Origin: the human T2T-CHM13v2.0 reference genome, Homo sapiens
Strand: one strand, 5' to 3'
DNA length: 64,000 nucleotides
Assembly: GCF_009914755.1 (NCBI RefSeq)
Contig: NC_060947.1
Shown: positions 31,594-46,654 of the stretch, piece after piece
Numbering within the stretch: position 1 is the stretch's first letter
Layout of the letters: every line of letters begins with the position of its first letter
Program-made: the position numbers and the translations under genes
Notes under the pieces: generated by a model
Told to the model about the DNA's origin: nothing
The model's input: the letters and a program-made list of their open reading frames with translations, nothing else
The model's database searches: none

Positions 31594-33059
31594 CAACATG
31601 ATGAAATAGATTCCACATGAAGAGGAGACTGCAATCAACAAGGATATACGATATGCTTCAAGGATCCAGTAAAAGTAAATTTTAAGTAATGAAGCTTGCC
31701 TGTGAACCACAGGTAAATACTAGCAGCAGACAGATGAACCAACAGTAGAAAAAGCAGATGGGGTAGGATTTAAAAAAATATTTTAGGAAACACAAAGGAA
31801 TCTGTACATTTAAGTCGGCTCTATGAAAACCAGTTATAGCCACAAACCAATGGCTGTTATTCTGGAAGTGGGAAGAAGAACTTCAAGTGATTTGTCTTTT
31901 GAGTAACAGCCATTTTGAGTATAGCCAAACAATATCTGCAAGGCTTGTAATTTACACATGTACACAAATGTATAAAAGGACACATATCTTTACACTACAA
32001 AACTTCAGATGTATAAATTATACATTTAGGACTTTAAACAATTTGCCCTCTTGTCATTCTGTAAGTTATTTATGATAAAAGAGCACTTTTTCTCAATAAA
32101 ATCATAAAAACAACTGAGACGAGGGTTTATTAAATTCAAGATTTACTTATTTCTATACAAATTAATGCAAAAATATAAGTGACTGCTGGCAATATTAAAC
32201 ATCCATGGAATAAATAATACTAGTTGTTAAATTACTTACAAAGAACCTCTTCTGCACACTTTTCAGAGAAGCATTTTGAGTAAAATTTGAAATATCTTGT
32301 TACTGTCCAGTAGACTAGCATAATCTCAGACACTGCTCTCTCTTTATGCTATTTTCTTCTGGGTTTTAATCACTTTTCTAATTCTTCCTTGACAAAGGTG
32401 ATAAGGTATAATTTAGCTATGAGTGTCTATTCTACATACAGAATTCACACATTATGATCAAAACCAATCCATCTTATCTTTTGTTTTCAAAGTAGAAATG
32501 AGGGTAGAAGGTTCACAAATGCATGGAAAATCCAGTATATCTTAATTAATGTGAATGTTTCCTCCAAATCAAATACTGCAGAGAAAATCCTCAATTGTCA
32601 ACATTGAACAATAGGGAAACTGGAGAATGGATTACCTTTTCTTCAATAGAATGGATCATGCTCTTCACAAATAAAAATAGTACAGAATTTAGGTCCAGAA
32701 TTCACTGAAATTAAATAATCTCAATTTTAACTGCAACATACACTCATTAAGAACTGATTATAAGCAAGGATCTATGCTGGGAGAATATGGAAATTCAAAG
32801 ATAAAAAAGCTAAACTCTGTTGTCAAAGACTTTACAATCTACTGGGAAGAAACATACATAAATTAGTAGGTGATAGAATAAAAGTTATATGATGTTCCTA
32901 CCTATTCCTTATTTCAAAAGCATATATTTCTTTTACTTGAATGTCTTCTCAAGAGAAACATTAAATACTCTTAATTTGAGAATATTATTGGAAGAAAAAT
33001 CTTGCATATGACTTTAGTTTTGTAGGATTTGCCTCCTGGTATTCTGTACCAACATTTCT

Positions 33060-33357
<298 letters not shown>

Positions 33358-34199
33358 TCTGTACCAACATTTCTATCTGCTTTTCCCATGAACTAGGTTC
33401 TCCTCAACTCTGTGTCAATCCATTCTACTCCAACTGTTCACTAAGGTTTAGAGAAATTCATAATGCTGAGAACTATCACTACTATCACATGTTATATATG
33501 TTTTTGTGGGAGAAAGTTTGTGTCAGAGTATAGATGCCCTTCAAATTTCCTTTCATTTGAAAATGTCGGGGCAGTGACAGATATAGAATGGCAGGAGTGT
33601 AACATGGGGGTAAATTCTATGACAAGAGTCAAATAAAGCCACAGGCAATTGCTCTGGTGTCGAAGGCCAAGAGAACAGTATTAAAATCAACATGGTCAAA
33701 GAAAAAAGAAGTCATACTTCTCTTAAAAAGAAGTATGCATTTTTTCTTCCTGGCTAAACAATAAAATTCCATAAGCATAAGCTACACTGCCTGTCTGTTC
33801 CTCTGACCAATTTGCAGAGTATGCTGTTGCATTGTAAGTTCTACTCAAATAGCTCATTAAAGTCACATGCTATTAGTAGTTTGGGTTTACTTAGCAGATA
33901 TCTCATCAATCAGATCCTAGAAGTCTAGGGCAGCCTACATGAGTAGGTGTGATGCTAGTGCTACCAACAGGTTCAGGAATAGAAAATTCAGAAAAGATCA
34001 AGCAAAATCAATTAAGAAAATAAGCCTTTGGCTAGAGGGTTTGGCACATAAAGTTGGATTTAAAGTTAAAATAGGAACTTGAGTTACTGAGAAGCAGATG
34101 ACACTCTATTTCATGTTAATCCAAGAATAAATTGTTGAACAAAGAAAGAATGGCAAAGACAAATGTTCTACTGTTGTCCCTTTGAATATTAGTTTGTTG

Positions 34200-35160
34200 G
34201 TTTTCCGGTTCTGGTAATGGTGGAAGAATTTTTCTTGGATTAACTCTCATTAAGGCAGCAATTATGAGATCCATGTTTATGCAGTTTTTATCCCGATATG
34301 GGTGCCAAGAACATGAAATGTGGGGCAGTTAGAAATCAAAAGGAAAGCTTGGCTTTAGGGGTCAAATAGTGGAATTCGAGGATGGCAATTCAGATAGAAT
34401 TTAAGGGGAGAGACTCTGACAAAGAGGAAGCTACAGAAGGAGAGTCCTCAAATCTGCCTATAAACTGCTTTCAAATCTTGTATGATCTGAACCATGCATG
34501 TAGTGGGGGGTGGGCAGGAAAAGACCCCAAAAATCCCAGGAGAAAAGAGGGGATAGAAGACTGAAAATGCTGCAGTTATTTCAGTAGATATTCATGGCAG
34601 AAAAGACAGTTTGGAGTTTTAAGGTGGCTTGGTGAATATACGGGGCTTACCACTGAAACTCCAGAAGGATCATGTCTTAGAGGTAAAAGTTATGTTTCCA
34701 TATTAAGGGATTCACCTTAGGACAATGGGAAAAACTGAAAGAGAGTCACACTAACAGAGCACAAAATCAAGCCTCCACAAGTTCAATTTGATCATCGAAT
34801 TATTTATAACACACCTTCTTCAGAGGAACATAATGGAATCCAGGGTATCTACAATGAATTATCCAAAATATCTAGTATAAAAATCTAAAAAAAATTGATG
34901 ATAGCTGTTGAGAAACAGGAAAATTTAATCTATAATAAAGAGATAAAGCAATTAGTGGAAAATGACTTTTAGATGACCCAGATCATGGAATTAGCAGATA
35001 AGCACTTTAAAGCAGCCATTATAAATATGTTCAAGGTCTTAGAGGAAGAAAATTGCCAAAATGATTGAACAGTTGTGGAATCTCAGTGAAGAAACAGAAT
35101 CTATTAAAAAATGAACACTTTAGAATTTAAAGGTTAAATATTAGAAACGAAAACTCAATT
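34200..35160 (+). mobile_element. Old L1M 5'UTR/ORF1 start (left part)
   Basis: GATGACCCAGATCATGGAATTAGCAGATAAGCACTTTAAAGCAGCCATTATAAATATGTTCAAGG; continues at 41232. Confidence 0.7.
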
Positions 35161-38100
35161 TAGAGGCAAGATGACTACCTGGATGCAACTAGGAGGAACA
35201 TCTACCACTGAGAGACCAGGACACTGGGAAGACTGGCACACTTCCAGCAGATCTTTGTAAGGAAGACATTGAGAGTGGATGGAGGGGTGACACAGGCACT
35301 GGGCTGAAGTGGGAGGAAGCTGGGAACCCTGCATGGGGCTACCATGCAATGGGACTCATTCCTGGCCTCCAGTGACTCTTGGGGAAGGGGTGAGGTAAGC
35401 AGGCAAGAAGGAGCCTGTCTTAATATGGACCTCTGGAATCCTGGCAGCAGGAGACCCCATGACCTGCATGGGCACCTGAGCTGGCAGGGAGAGTTGCTTA
35501 GAGAGGTAGTAGGGGCAGGATCCCAGCCTGTGTGGAGTCTAGAGTGTCTGGTGCAGAAACATCTTCAGGGGAGCATGACCCAGGCACGCTCATCCCCCAA
35601 GGCTTGCTATGCTCTCCTAGGAGATTCTAGCCTTAGGGGAACTGTCTAACCTGAACAGAGGAGGGCAATCTTGACCATGAGATGGGGCCAGTAGGACCTG
35701 AGCTCATTTCTGTCTGCTGGCCTCTCTTGGAGACCCAATCTGGCAGTGCCTGCTTGCAGTGCAGCTTTAGATGCCCAACCAGGGCAGGGGCCCACATCAT
35801 AGCTCTTGCACTGGCTGAGTGTACCTGACCATTGAAAAGCTCTAGCAGAGTGGCCTCCACCAATGTGGACCAGCCCACTCACACCCTTCCCTGACTGCAG
35901 CCTCCCCTGTGCCACTTGGCCAACACACACTTGCCCACAGCCAAAGCCCCCATTGCTTTGCTGATGCACGTGTGTGAAGGTAGGCCTCACTTCCCCTTCC
36001 CTGCTGGTGCATGCATGTGTGTGCACCCTACCATGCCATTGCTGCCAGCACAAGCGCACCCACCCCCATGCTGCACGGACACCAGCAACCTTGCCCCCTG
36101 CCCCATACCACCACCACCAGCAGCATGAACATGTGCACAGAGGTCACCAGCCCTGCATTTGTGGGCACCCTGTGCTGACTCCTCTACCCCCACGATACCA
36201 CCACTGCTTCAGACAACCCCCAAACAGAGGCTGGAAGCCCTGGGCCTCCCAGCGCTCCACACCACCCAATGTGCGTGCACCCTGCCACACTGCCACTGCT
36301 GCTAGCACATGCAAACAAGCACAGATCCTGCTGACACCACCTGATAAATTGCTTTGGCTGGTACCATCCTTCAAAGTGTTGTGGCCAGTGGTCTCAGAAC
36401 ACCTCAGCCCCTTCAGCACAGCAGGTTCTCACCTTGAGGGGCCAGAGAACAAAGCCAGGTACCCGATACCAGCTCCCTAGAATTAGAGCATGCAGTCCAG
36501 GAGTACTGAACTGAACCTTGGCTCCCCACAACCCCCCAAATCTACCATAAATGAAGCCCATCAGCTGAACTCAACTTATGCCACAATCAAACCCTCAGGA
36601 CATCAAAGAAGATAAAAGCAACAAAACAAAACAAAACAAAACAAAACAAAACCTACCCCATTCAAAGGACAGGAACTTCAAAGACTGAAGGAAGATCAGC
36701 CCATACAGATAAGAACCAATGTAAGAACTGTGGAAACTCAAAAAGCCAGTGTCTTGTTACCTACAGATGACTGCACTAATTCCCCAGCAATGATTCTAAA
36801 CCAGGCTGAAATGTCTAAAATGACAGAAATGGAATTCAGAATATGGATAGGAATGAAGGTCACTGACATTCAAGAGAAAGTTGAAACCCAATCCAAGGAA
36901 TCCTTAGAATCTAAGGAATACAATATAATGATACAGGAGATGAAAAACAAAATGGTTATTTTAAGAAAGAACCAAACTGAGCTGATAGAGCTGAAAAACT
37001 CACTTCAAGAATTTCATAATAGAATTACAAGTATTAACAGAGGACTTGACCAAGCTGAGGAAAGAATCTCAGAGCTCAAAGACCTGTTGTCTAAAATAAC
37101 TCACATAAAAATAAAGAAAAAACAGTAAAGAATGAACAAAATATCTGAGAAATATGGGATTTTGTAAAGAGACCAAATCTATGACACATTGGCATCCGAG
37201 AAAGACAGAGAGAAAAAGCAAGCAACTTGGAAAACATATTTTAGGATACCATCCATAAAAATTCCCCAACCTCACTCACAGAGAGGCCAATATTAAAATG
37301 CAGGAATTGCTGACAACCTCTGAGAAATAGTACATAAGAAGACCATCACCAAGACACATAGTCATCAGATTCTCCAAGGTCAAAGTGACAGACAAAATGT
37401 CAAAGGCAGCTAGAGAGAAGGGGCAGTTTTCCTACAAAGGGAACCTTACCAGGCTAACAGAGGACCTTTCAGCAGAAACCCTACAAGTCAGAAGACAATG
37501 GGACCTATATTCAGCGTTCTTAAAGAAAAGAATTTTCAACCAAGTATTTCATATCCACCCAAACTAAGCTTCATAAGCAAAGGAGAAATAAGATATTTCT
37601 CAGACAAGCAAATGCTAAGGGATTTCATTACCACCAGACTTGCCATACAAGAAGTCCTGAAGAGAGTACTAAACATGGAAAGAAAAGACTGTTACCAGTC
37701 ACTACAAAAACACACTTAAGTACATAGACCAGTGACACTATAAAGCAACCACATATAAAAGTCTGCATAATAACCAGCTGACAACATGATGACAGGATCA
37801 GATCCACACATATCAATACTAACCTTGGATATAAACTCGCTAAACACCCCAATTAAAAGGCACAAAGTGGAAAGTTGGATAAAGAAGCAAGACCAAATAC
37901 TATGCTGTCTTTAAGAGACCCATTTCACATGCAACGAAACACACAGGCTCAAATTAAAGAGATGGAGGAAAACCTACAAAGCAAATGGAAAACAGAAAAA
38001 AGCAGGGGTTGCTATTCTAATTTCAGACAAAACAGACTTTAAGAGAACAAAGATCAAAAAAGACAAAGAGGAACATTACATAATGATAAAGGGTTCAATT

Positions 38101-38540
38101 TGACAAGACCAAACTATCCTGAATATATACACACCCAACACAGGAGCACCCAAATTCATAAACCAAGTTCCTAGAGAGCTACAAAGAGACTTAGATAACC
38201 ACACAATAATAGTGGGAGACTTCAACACTCCACTGATAATATTACACAAATCATCAAGGCAGAAATTAACAAAGATATTCAGGACCTGAACTTGACACAT
38301 GACCAAATGGACCTAATAGACATTTACAGAATACTCCACCCAAACACATAAAAATATACATTCTTCTCATCTGCACATGGCACATACTCTAAAATTGACC
38401 ATACAATTGGACATAAAACAATCATTGACAAATTTTTAAAAATCCTACAAACCATACTTTTGAACCACAGTGCAATAAAAGTAGTAATCAATACAAAGAA
38501 AAGAGCTCAAAACCATATAATTATATGGAAATTAAACAAT
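35161..38540 (+). mobile_element. L1P4-type (L1PA13-16/L1PREC2-like) 5'UTR, ORF1 and ORF2 start; 3' half absent
   Basis: GGCAAGATGACT...GGAACATCTACCACTGAGAGACC 5' end; ORF1 MTEMEFRIWIGMK; ORF2 ATG ~37789 with GDFNTPL; ends abruptly at GGAAATTAAACAAT. Confidence 0.85.
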
Positions 38541-39780
38541 ACCAGCTGTGGGTCTGTCATAGATGGCTTTTATTATGTTGAAGTATGGTCCTTCTATATC
38601 CAATTTTTTTAAGGGTTTTTTAAATCATGAAGGGATGTTGAATTTTATCAGATGTTTTTTCAGCATCAATTGAAATAATCGTATGGTTTGTATCCTTCAT
38701 CCTGTTGAAATGATTTATCACACTGATTGATTTGCATATGTGGGACCATCCTTGCATACCTGGAATAAAGCCCACTTGGTTATGATGAATGATGCATTGT
38801 TGAATTCAGTTTGCTACTATCTTGTTGGTGATTTTTGCATCAATATTCATTAGCAATATTAGCCTGTAGTTTTCTTTTTTTGATGTGTCTTTGTCTGGTT
38901 TTGGTATCAGGATAATACTGGCTTCGTAGAATGAGTTTGGAAGTATTCCTTTTCCTATATTTTTCAGAATAGTTTGAGTAGGATTGGTATTAGTTCTTCT
39001 TTAAATGTTTGGTAGAATTCAGCAGCTAATCCATTGGTTCCCAGGCTTTTCTTTACTGGCAGACTTTTTTTGTTTGTTTGTTTGTTTGTTTTTGAAAAAC
39101 TCTATGGCAGACTTTTTATTATGGATTAAATCTCATTACTTGTCATTGATCTGTTCGGGTTTTGGATTTCTTTATGGTTCAATCTTGGTAGGTTGTATGT
39201 GTCTAGGAATGTATCCATTTCCTCTAAATTTTCCAATTTATTGCAGATAGTTTGGTCATAGTAGCCAATAATGACCCTTTGAATTTTTGTAGTATCAGTT
39301 GTAATGCCTCCTTTTTCATCTGTGATTTATTTATCTGGGCCTTCTCCCTTTTGTCTGGCTAACAGTTTGTCAATTTTGTTTTATTTTCAAAATTCTAACT
39401 TTTGTTTTGCTGATATTTTGTATTGTTTTCTTCACTTCAAATTTATTTATTTCTGCCCTGGTCTTTATTATTTCTTTACTTTGGGTTCATTTTGCTCTTG
39501 CTTTTCCAGTTTTTTAAGATACATCCTTAGGTTATTTATTTGAAGTTTTTCTTCTTTTTTAAATGTAGGTACTTATAGCTATAAATTTCCCTCTTAGTAC
39601 TGCTTTTGCTGTATATCATAGGTTTCGGTATTTTGTGTTTCCATTATTATTTGTTTCAAGGAATTTTTCAGTTCCCTTCTTAATTTCTTTATTGACCCAC
39701 TGGTCATGCAAGAGCATACTGCTTAATTTCCATGTATTTGTATAGTTTCCAAAATTCCTCTTGTTTTTGATTTCTAGGTA
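38541..39780 (-). mobile_element. Inverted ORF2 segment of an L1MA-type element
   Basis: AGCTGTGGGTCTGTCATA...TTTCCAAAATTCCTCTTG is L1MA-type ORF2 in antisense. Confidence 0.85.
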
Positions 39781-40831
39781 TAACTAAAACACTATAGAAA
39801 AAATATAATAATCTGATAAAAAATGGACAAAAGATTTGAATAGACATTTCTCAAAAGAAAACATACAAATGGCAAATAGGCATGTGAAATGGTTCTCAAC
39901 ATCATAGATCATCAGAGAAATGAAAATCAAAACTACAATGAGATATCATCTCACCACAGTTAAAATGGCTTACATCCAAAAGACAAGCAATAACAAATGC
40001 TGGCAAGGATGTGGAGAAAAGGGAACCCTTGTACACTGTTGGTGGTAATGTAAATTAGTTCAATCACTATGGAGAATAGCTTGGAGGTGCTTCACAAAAC
40101 TAAAGGTAGAGCCACCATATGATCCAGCTATTTCACTGCTGGATATATACCCCAAAGAAGAAAAATAAATATATGGAAGAGATATCTGTACTCCTATGTT
40201 TGTTGCAGCACTGTTCACAATATCCAAGATTTAGGACCAACCTAAGTATCCATCAACAGATTAATAGGTAAAGAAAATGTGGAACTTATACACAATGGGG
40301 TACTATTCAGCCATAAAAACGAAGGAGATCCTGTCATTTGCAACAACATGAATGGAACTGGAGATCATTATGTTAAGTGAAATAAGCCAGGCACAGAAAT
40401 TCAAACATTGCATGCTATTGCTAATTTGTGGGGTCTAAAAATCAAAACATTTGAACACATGGAGATAGAGAGTAGGAGGGTTACCAGAGGCTGGGAAGGG
40501 TAGTGGGGGGTGGGGGCAGGGGAGGGGTGATGATGGTTAATAGGCACCAAAAAACAGTTTGAAAGAATGAATAATACCTAGTGTTTGATAGCACAACAGG
40601 GTGTCTACTATCAAGATAATTTAATCATACATTTAAAAATAACTAAAAGAGTATAACTGGATGGTTTGTATAACAAAAGATAAATGTTCGAGGGGGTGGA
40701 TCTCCTATTTTCCATGATGCGATTATTATGTATTGCATGCCTGTATATAAATATCTCATGTACCCCATAAGTATATACATCTACTATGTACCCACAAACG
40801 TTAAAAATTAAAAAATATTAAAATAAAAGTT
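39781..40831 (+). mobile_element. L1MA2-like 3' end
   Basis: TTTGATAGCACAACAGGGTG...TATTTTCCATGATG...CTACTATGTACCCACAAA plus A-rich tail. Confidence 0.88.
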
Positions 40832-41169
<338 letters not shown>

Positions 41170-41231
41170 AAAATAAAAGTTTAAAAAAGGAAAAATTATT
41201 ATTACTTGGAGGCCAGTAGAAATCAAAACAA

Positions 41232-43498
41232 AGAAATGAAAACTCCATTGGATGAGATTAACAGCCAACTGAGAATAATAGAAGTGAGGGTAAGTGAGCT
41301 TGAAGATATGTCAATCAAAATTATTCATATGAAGAACAAAGAGGAAGGAAGACTGACACAAAAATGAAGAGAGTATTTATAACTTCTAATAAATTATAAA
41401 GCATTTAAAATACATGAAATTAGACTCTTGGAGGAGAACGCAGAAATAATGGAGTATAAAAATATTGTTAATATAAAAGTTTAAACATTTCCAAATTTAG
41501 TAAAATATGAGAAACAACTAGTCAACAAACAAACAAAGAAACAAAATAACGAATCATTAATTTACACAGCAAAGAAGCTTAGCAAACACAAAGTAGGATA
41601 AATTCAAAGAAAACCACATTTAGACACATCATAGTCAAACTATGAAAAGACAAAGCTAAGACATAATATTGAAATCAGCAGCAAAATGATAGACAGCTTA
41701 TAGGAAAAGATTAAAAAAGAAAATAGAGACTGAAAGAAACTGGAATTACATCTTGAAAGTGCTAAAAAAAGACATTTTTAGATAAACAAAAGCTGAGAAA
41801 ATTTGTTACTAGAATACAAAGCTACAAGAAATGCTAAAGGAAGTTATTCAGTCTGAGGAAAATTATAGATGAAAACTCTAATCTACCTGGAGAAAGCAAA
41901 GTCATCAGGAATGATGAACATGTAGGTAAATTTTAAAAAATATTCTCCCACTACTTGATATTTTTAAAAGCCAACTGACTAAAGTAAAAACCATTGCATT
42001 GTTCAGTTCATGACATATGTAGATATAAAACAGATGACAATAATAGCAGAAAGAGCGGTGGGTATATAAACTTCTACCTTTCAAGGTACTTATTTTTTAT
42101 TCGAATTGGTAAAATATTTACTCTAAGTACACCATGCTATGATAAAGATGCATTGTTTAATTCTTAGAGAAACTACTGAAAATAATACAAAGAGGTAAAA
42201 ATAAAAATCCAATAGAGGAAATATTATAAAACGGAATAATAAAAATTATTAGATTGAGCCAAAGGAAAGCTTTTAATTGGAAGTTATTGCTTAGTCTACT
42301 TACATTTCATGTAATTATTGATATGGTTAGGTTTAAATCTATCATTTTGCTAGCTGTTCTGCATTTTTTTCTCTCTGTTTCTCCTTTATTGTTCCCACTT
42401 GGATTAATGCAATGATTTTTTTACATGAAAAAGCAAGACACAACTATATGCTACCTTAGCTTTAAGTATAAAGATGTTTTCATAACAAAAGTTTAAAAAA
42501 TGTAAAAATATATACAATACAAATGGTATTTGTATATACAATATAAATGCATAAGAAAGCTGAATTGATTAAAATATCAGGCAAAATAGAATTCAAGAAA
42601 TGGAGGATTACTGAAGAAAATAAAGACATTTATCCTGATAAAAGTGTCAATTCATCCAGAAGACAAAAACATTCCATAATGTATACCTAATAAAAGAGCT
42701 TCAAAATACAAAAGCAAAATCTGACAGAACTAAAGAGAAAATAGATACATGCACCATCATGGTTGGATATAGTAACATTCTTCTCTCAGTAAGTGAGAGA
42801 CCATCTAAATAAAAAATTAGTGAGTATATGAACAATCTGAAAATAAAAAAAGCTGGTTCTTTGTAAAGATTGATAAATTAGATGAAATCGAATGTAGGCC
42901 AATGAACAAATGAAAGAGCAAATACAAATTATAAGTATCAGGAATAAATGCAGGGATATTATCCCAGATTTCACATACATTAAAAGGATACTTAGGGAAT
43001 ATTATGAATAATTTTATGCCAAAAAATTGACAAATTAGATGATATGAACTAATTCCTTCAATGACACAAATTGCCAAAACTGATGTAAAAACTATAAAAA
43101 TCCCTATTAACATGACATTTATAAAAGAAATGGAATGTGTAATAAAAGTACTTACACACACACAACCCCTAGATCACAGTTCTTGCTGATGAATTATGTG
43201 AAACATTTAAGAAGAAAATAACATTCATCTAACGTGAAAGTTTTAAGAAAATAAAGGAGGAAGGAATCTTTCCTGATGTGTTTTATGAGGCCAGGATAAT
43301 ACAGCTACCAAAATATGAGAAAGGCATTAAAAGAACAAAAAATAAAAAACCAATATCTTTCATATAGCCACACATAGAGAATTCTTTGTACAATATTAAC
43401 AAACTAATTCCAGTAGTATATTAAAAATGTTAAAAAGATAATATATCTTGAATAAATGAAGGTTATACCAATAATGCAAGATTGGTTTAACATTAAAA
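41232..43498 (+). mobile_element. Old L1M ORF1/ORF2 (right part, continuation of 34200-35160)
   Basis: GGATGAGATTAACAGC...ACACATCATAGTCAAAC...TTTTATGAGGCCAG...AATGCAAGATTGGTTTAACATT. Confidence 0.75.
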
Positions 43499-43887
43499 AT
43501 TAAATTAGAACTCAAGATTAAGAAACTCACTCAAAACCACACAACTACATGGAAATTGAACAACCTGCTTCTGAATGACTCCTGGGTAAATAATGAAATT
43601 ATGGCAGGAATCAAGAAGTTCTTTGAAACCAATGAGAACAAAGCAACAAAGTACCAGAATCTCTGGGACACAGCTAAAGCAGTGTTAAGAGGGCAATTTA
43701 TAGCACTAAATGCCCACATCGAAAAGCTAGAAAGATCTCATATTGACACCATAGCATCACAACTAAAAGAACTAGAGAGCCAAGAGCAAACAAACCCCAA
43801 AGGTAGCAGAAGACAAGAAATAACCAAAATCAGAGTGGAACTGAAGGAGATAGAGACACGAAAAACTCTTCAAAAAATCAATGAGTC
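43499..43887 (+). mobile_element. Internal L1PA8-like ORF2 fragment
   Basis: [14 protein letters not shown]...[12 protein letters not shown]...QKINES; no tail or TSD seen. Confidence 0.85.
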
Positions 43888-44116
43888 GGAGGACCCACAG
43901 ACGCTCTGAAGGAGGCAGACTGCTCCTGCAGGACCCAGGAGACCCCCTCAAAACTGTGAGTGCCCCAACTGCTGAAGTGGGAAACAGAGACCCTCCTTTC
44001 CCAAACACGCCCTCACTGGAGAAGCTGAAGGTCTGTTTGCGGGAGAAGTTCTCGATTTTACCTGGAGCTGAGTCAATTTGCAGAGCTGAGTGAAATACAG
44101 GGGTAGAGGAAATAGC
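43888..44116 (+). mobile_element. L1PBa-type 5'UTR fragment
   Basis: GGACCCACAGAC...CTGCTCCTGCAGGACCC...TTACCTGGAGCTGAGTCAATTT...GAAATACAGGGGTAGAGG. Confidence 0.75.
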
Positions 44117-44204
44117 TATAGAAAATAGGCAAAATTTATACAAGAACAATATAAATCATGTATGATATTAGAAGAATTATAAAACTTTCATTCATAGTGG
44201 ATTT

Positions 44205-44318
44205 TGTTTTGGGTTTTTTTTTTTGAGATAAGGATCTTGAAATCCTGGGCTCAAGTGATCCTCCCACTTCAGCTTCCCAAGTGGCTGGGACTATAGGTGT
44301 GTACCCCTATGCATGGCC
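44205..44318 (-). mobile_element. FLAM/Alu monomer, internally deleted
   Basis: TCCTGGGCTCAAGTGATCCTCCCAC...GGGACTATAGG. Confidence 0.8.
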
Positions 44319-44724
44319 CAGAGTTTTCTTATAATAATTTTTCAAGTTGCCTATGCTAGAATATCTGCCAAAATGAGTATTGGGGTATCACATTGCAGTT
44401 CATGGGAATTATTTAAAGGAATGTATTACCTGATACCAAACTAAACAAGATTCAGATTCAGAATTGATGGTTGTATAAAAACTATGTCATGTACAAATAA
44501 AATGTTATCATATTGTTAGCCTCAAAACTTGGTCCTTATAAGCACCTTTTGATAAATGATCTTGAGTAAAGGACTCACATAGCAAAAGCCCCCCTTACTT
44601 AGGTTTGCTTGTTACCAAGCAAAAGCAGGATATTTAAAAAATAATATTGTTTAACAATCATCTAGTACATTTTCTTTGCAAGTATTTTTATATACCTCAT
44701 CACATCGTTTTCATTAATACCGTT

Positions 44725-45275
44725 TCTCTTTTGTGAAATATGCATGCATAAAATGCATAGACTCTACATGGATAGTTTAATAAATAATTATAAAGGAAAG
44801 CTCATATATTTACACTCAGGCAAAGAAACTGCAAGCATCAGAAGCCTCTCACTAGGGTCTCCCTCAGCAAAAGTTCATCCTTCTTCCCAGAGTTGGCACT
44901 ATTCTGAATTTTGATAATTATTTTCTTTATTGTTTTACTACCCATGTTTGTACTCCTTAGCAATATAAATTAGCTTTGTCTGGTTTTTGAATTCTTTCCT
45001 ATCTTTTTATTTTGAAAAATCTCAAACCTATAAACAGGTAGCAAAATAGTGCAATGAACTTTTTCATATTCTTCACCTAGACTCCCAGTTGTTAACATTT
45101 TCCCATGTTTTCTTTGTGTCAAGAGATGGATATACATATGTACTTTATTTGCTGAGCCATTTGAAAATATGGCAAACACTGGTTTTGAACTTTGTATAAA
45201 CAGACTTATACTATACATATTATTTTGTATCTCTTTTTCTTTTTACTGTTTATAAAATTTGTTGAGATTGATTCC
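44725..45275 (-). mobile_element. Old L1ME/L1MC 3' fragments
   Basis: CACTATTCTGAATTTTG; TTTTATTTTGAAAAATCTCAAACCTATA...AATAGTGCAATGAAC. Confidence 0.6.
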
Positions 45276-45527
45276 TCCCCACCCCCACCCCTGCTCAAAA
45301 AAGAAAGGTAGGGCTAGTGGTTTTCATGAAGGAGGATATATTGTTTGGAGGATCTGGGTAATTTTAAATTATAATATGGAATCTAGAGCTTAGATCTAAG
45401 GATTATTCCTGAATGAACACTTTTTCAGAGGAAATTTCGTAATACATACGTATCAACTGGAATGAAAACCAATGATACGTACTTAGAGTGTTACACGTTA
45501 CAGGCCAGGATGTAAACTTGGATTAGG

Positions 45528-45834
<307 letters not shown>

Positions 45835-46351
45835 CTAATTCATACTTCCTGTTGGTATAATACCAGTTAATTTGTTTACTAAGGAGGGTGAATGATTCAT
45901 CTTAAAAATGGATGTTTCTTAAAAACTAAGTCTCAACTACAGCAAAATGGATGAAAAATTTGCATAAAATGCATTAAGTGGGACCAAATGGTCAATCAGT
46001 AATGTCTCTAGCCATGGTTGCCTGGAGATATTAACAATGTTACACTGGGAATGAAATGATGCTACACAAATGGAAACTTCTCCCAAGGGGGAAAGGATTC
46101 TTCAAGCCAAAGCCTAGAGCAGCATAAGAAACCATGCACAGATACCACAAAGTTAATTTAGTTGTTCCTAGCAAAAGAAACTCAGAACTCTCAGGTTGTA
46201 GAGAGAGAAATTCCATATTAATCTTTCATTGGCACCAATGAATAAAGACTTAATTTTGAGCAAAGTTACCTGCAAAGACCAAGACTTGGTTATTGGGGCA
46301 TGAAGCAAGAAGAGCCATTTGAGAGCAGACAAAATGATGATGAAATGTGTT

Positions 46352-46515
46352 TTTTGAATATTTACTATGTGCCAGGCTGTAGTCCAAGTATTTTATAAGC
46401 ATTAACTCATTTAATCCCTTGAAGTGGGTATTATTTTTGTTTTATCATCTGCATTTTACAGGTTAGGAATTTGAGACTCTCAAAGATTAAGTAACTGGGA
46501 CATGTCACCCTAGCA
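46352..46515 (-). mobile_element. MIR SINE
   Basis: TTTACTATGTGCCAGG...CATTTAATCC...CATTTTACAG. Confidence 0.8.
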
Positions 46516-46654
46516 TATGAGACACCTACTAAGGCAAGACTGGACAAGAATATCCAGAAACCACACTGATAGTTTTCAGACTTTTTAGGGAAAAGCCACT
46601 CGGAATGGATATCATAGGAGCTGTGTTAGATTTGTAGTTATGTCAATACATTTA

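Noticed and set aside
31400-31710. YIYI-rich ORFs
   Set aside because: Translations of TA/CA microsatellite.
35344-36480. Cluster of 70-168 aa ORFs
   Set aside because: They lie in the GC-rich, internally repetitive L1P4 5'UTR; no coding signature.
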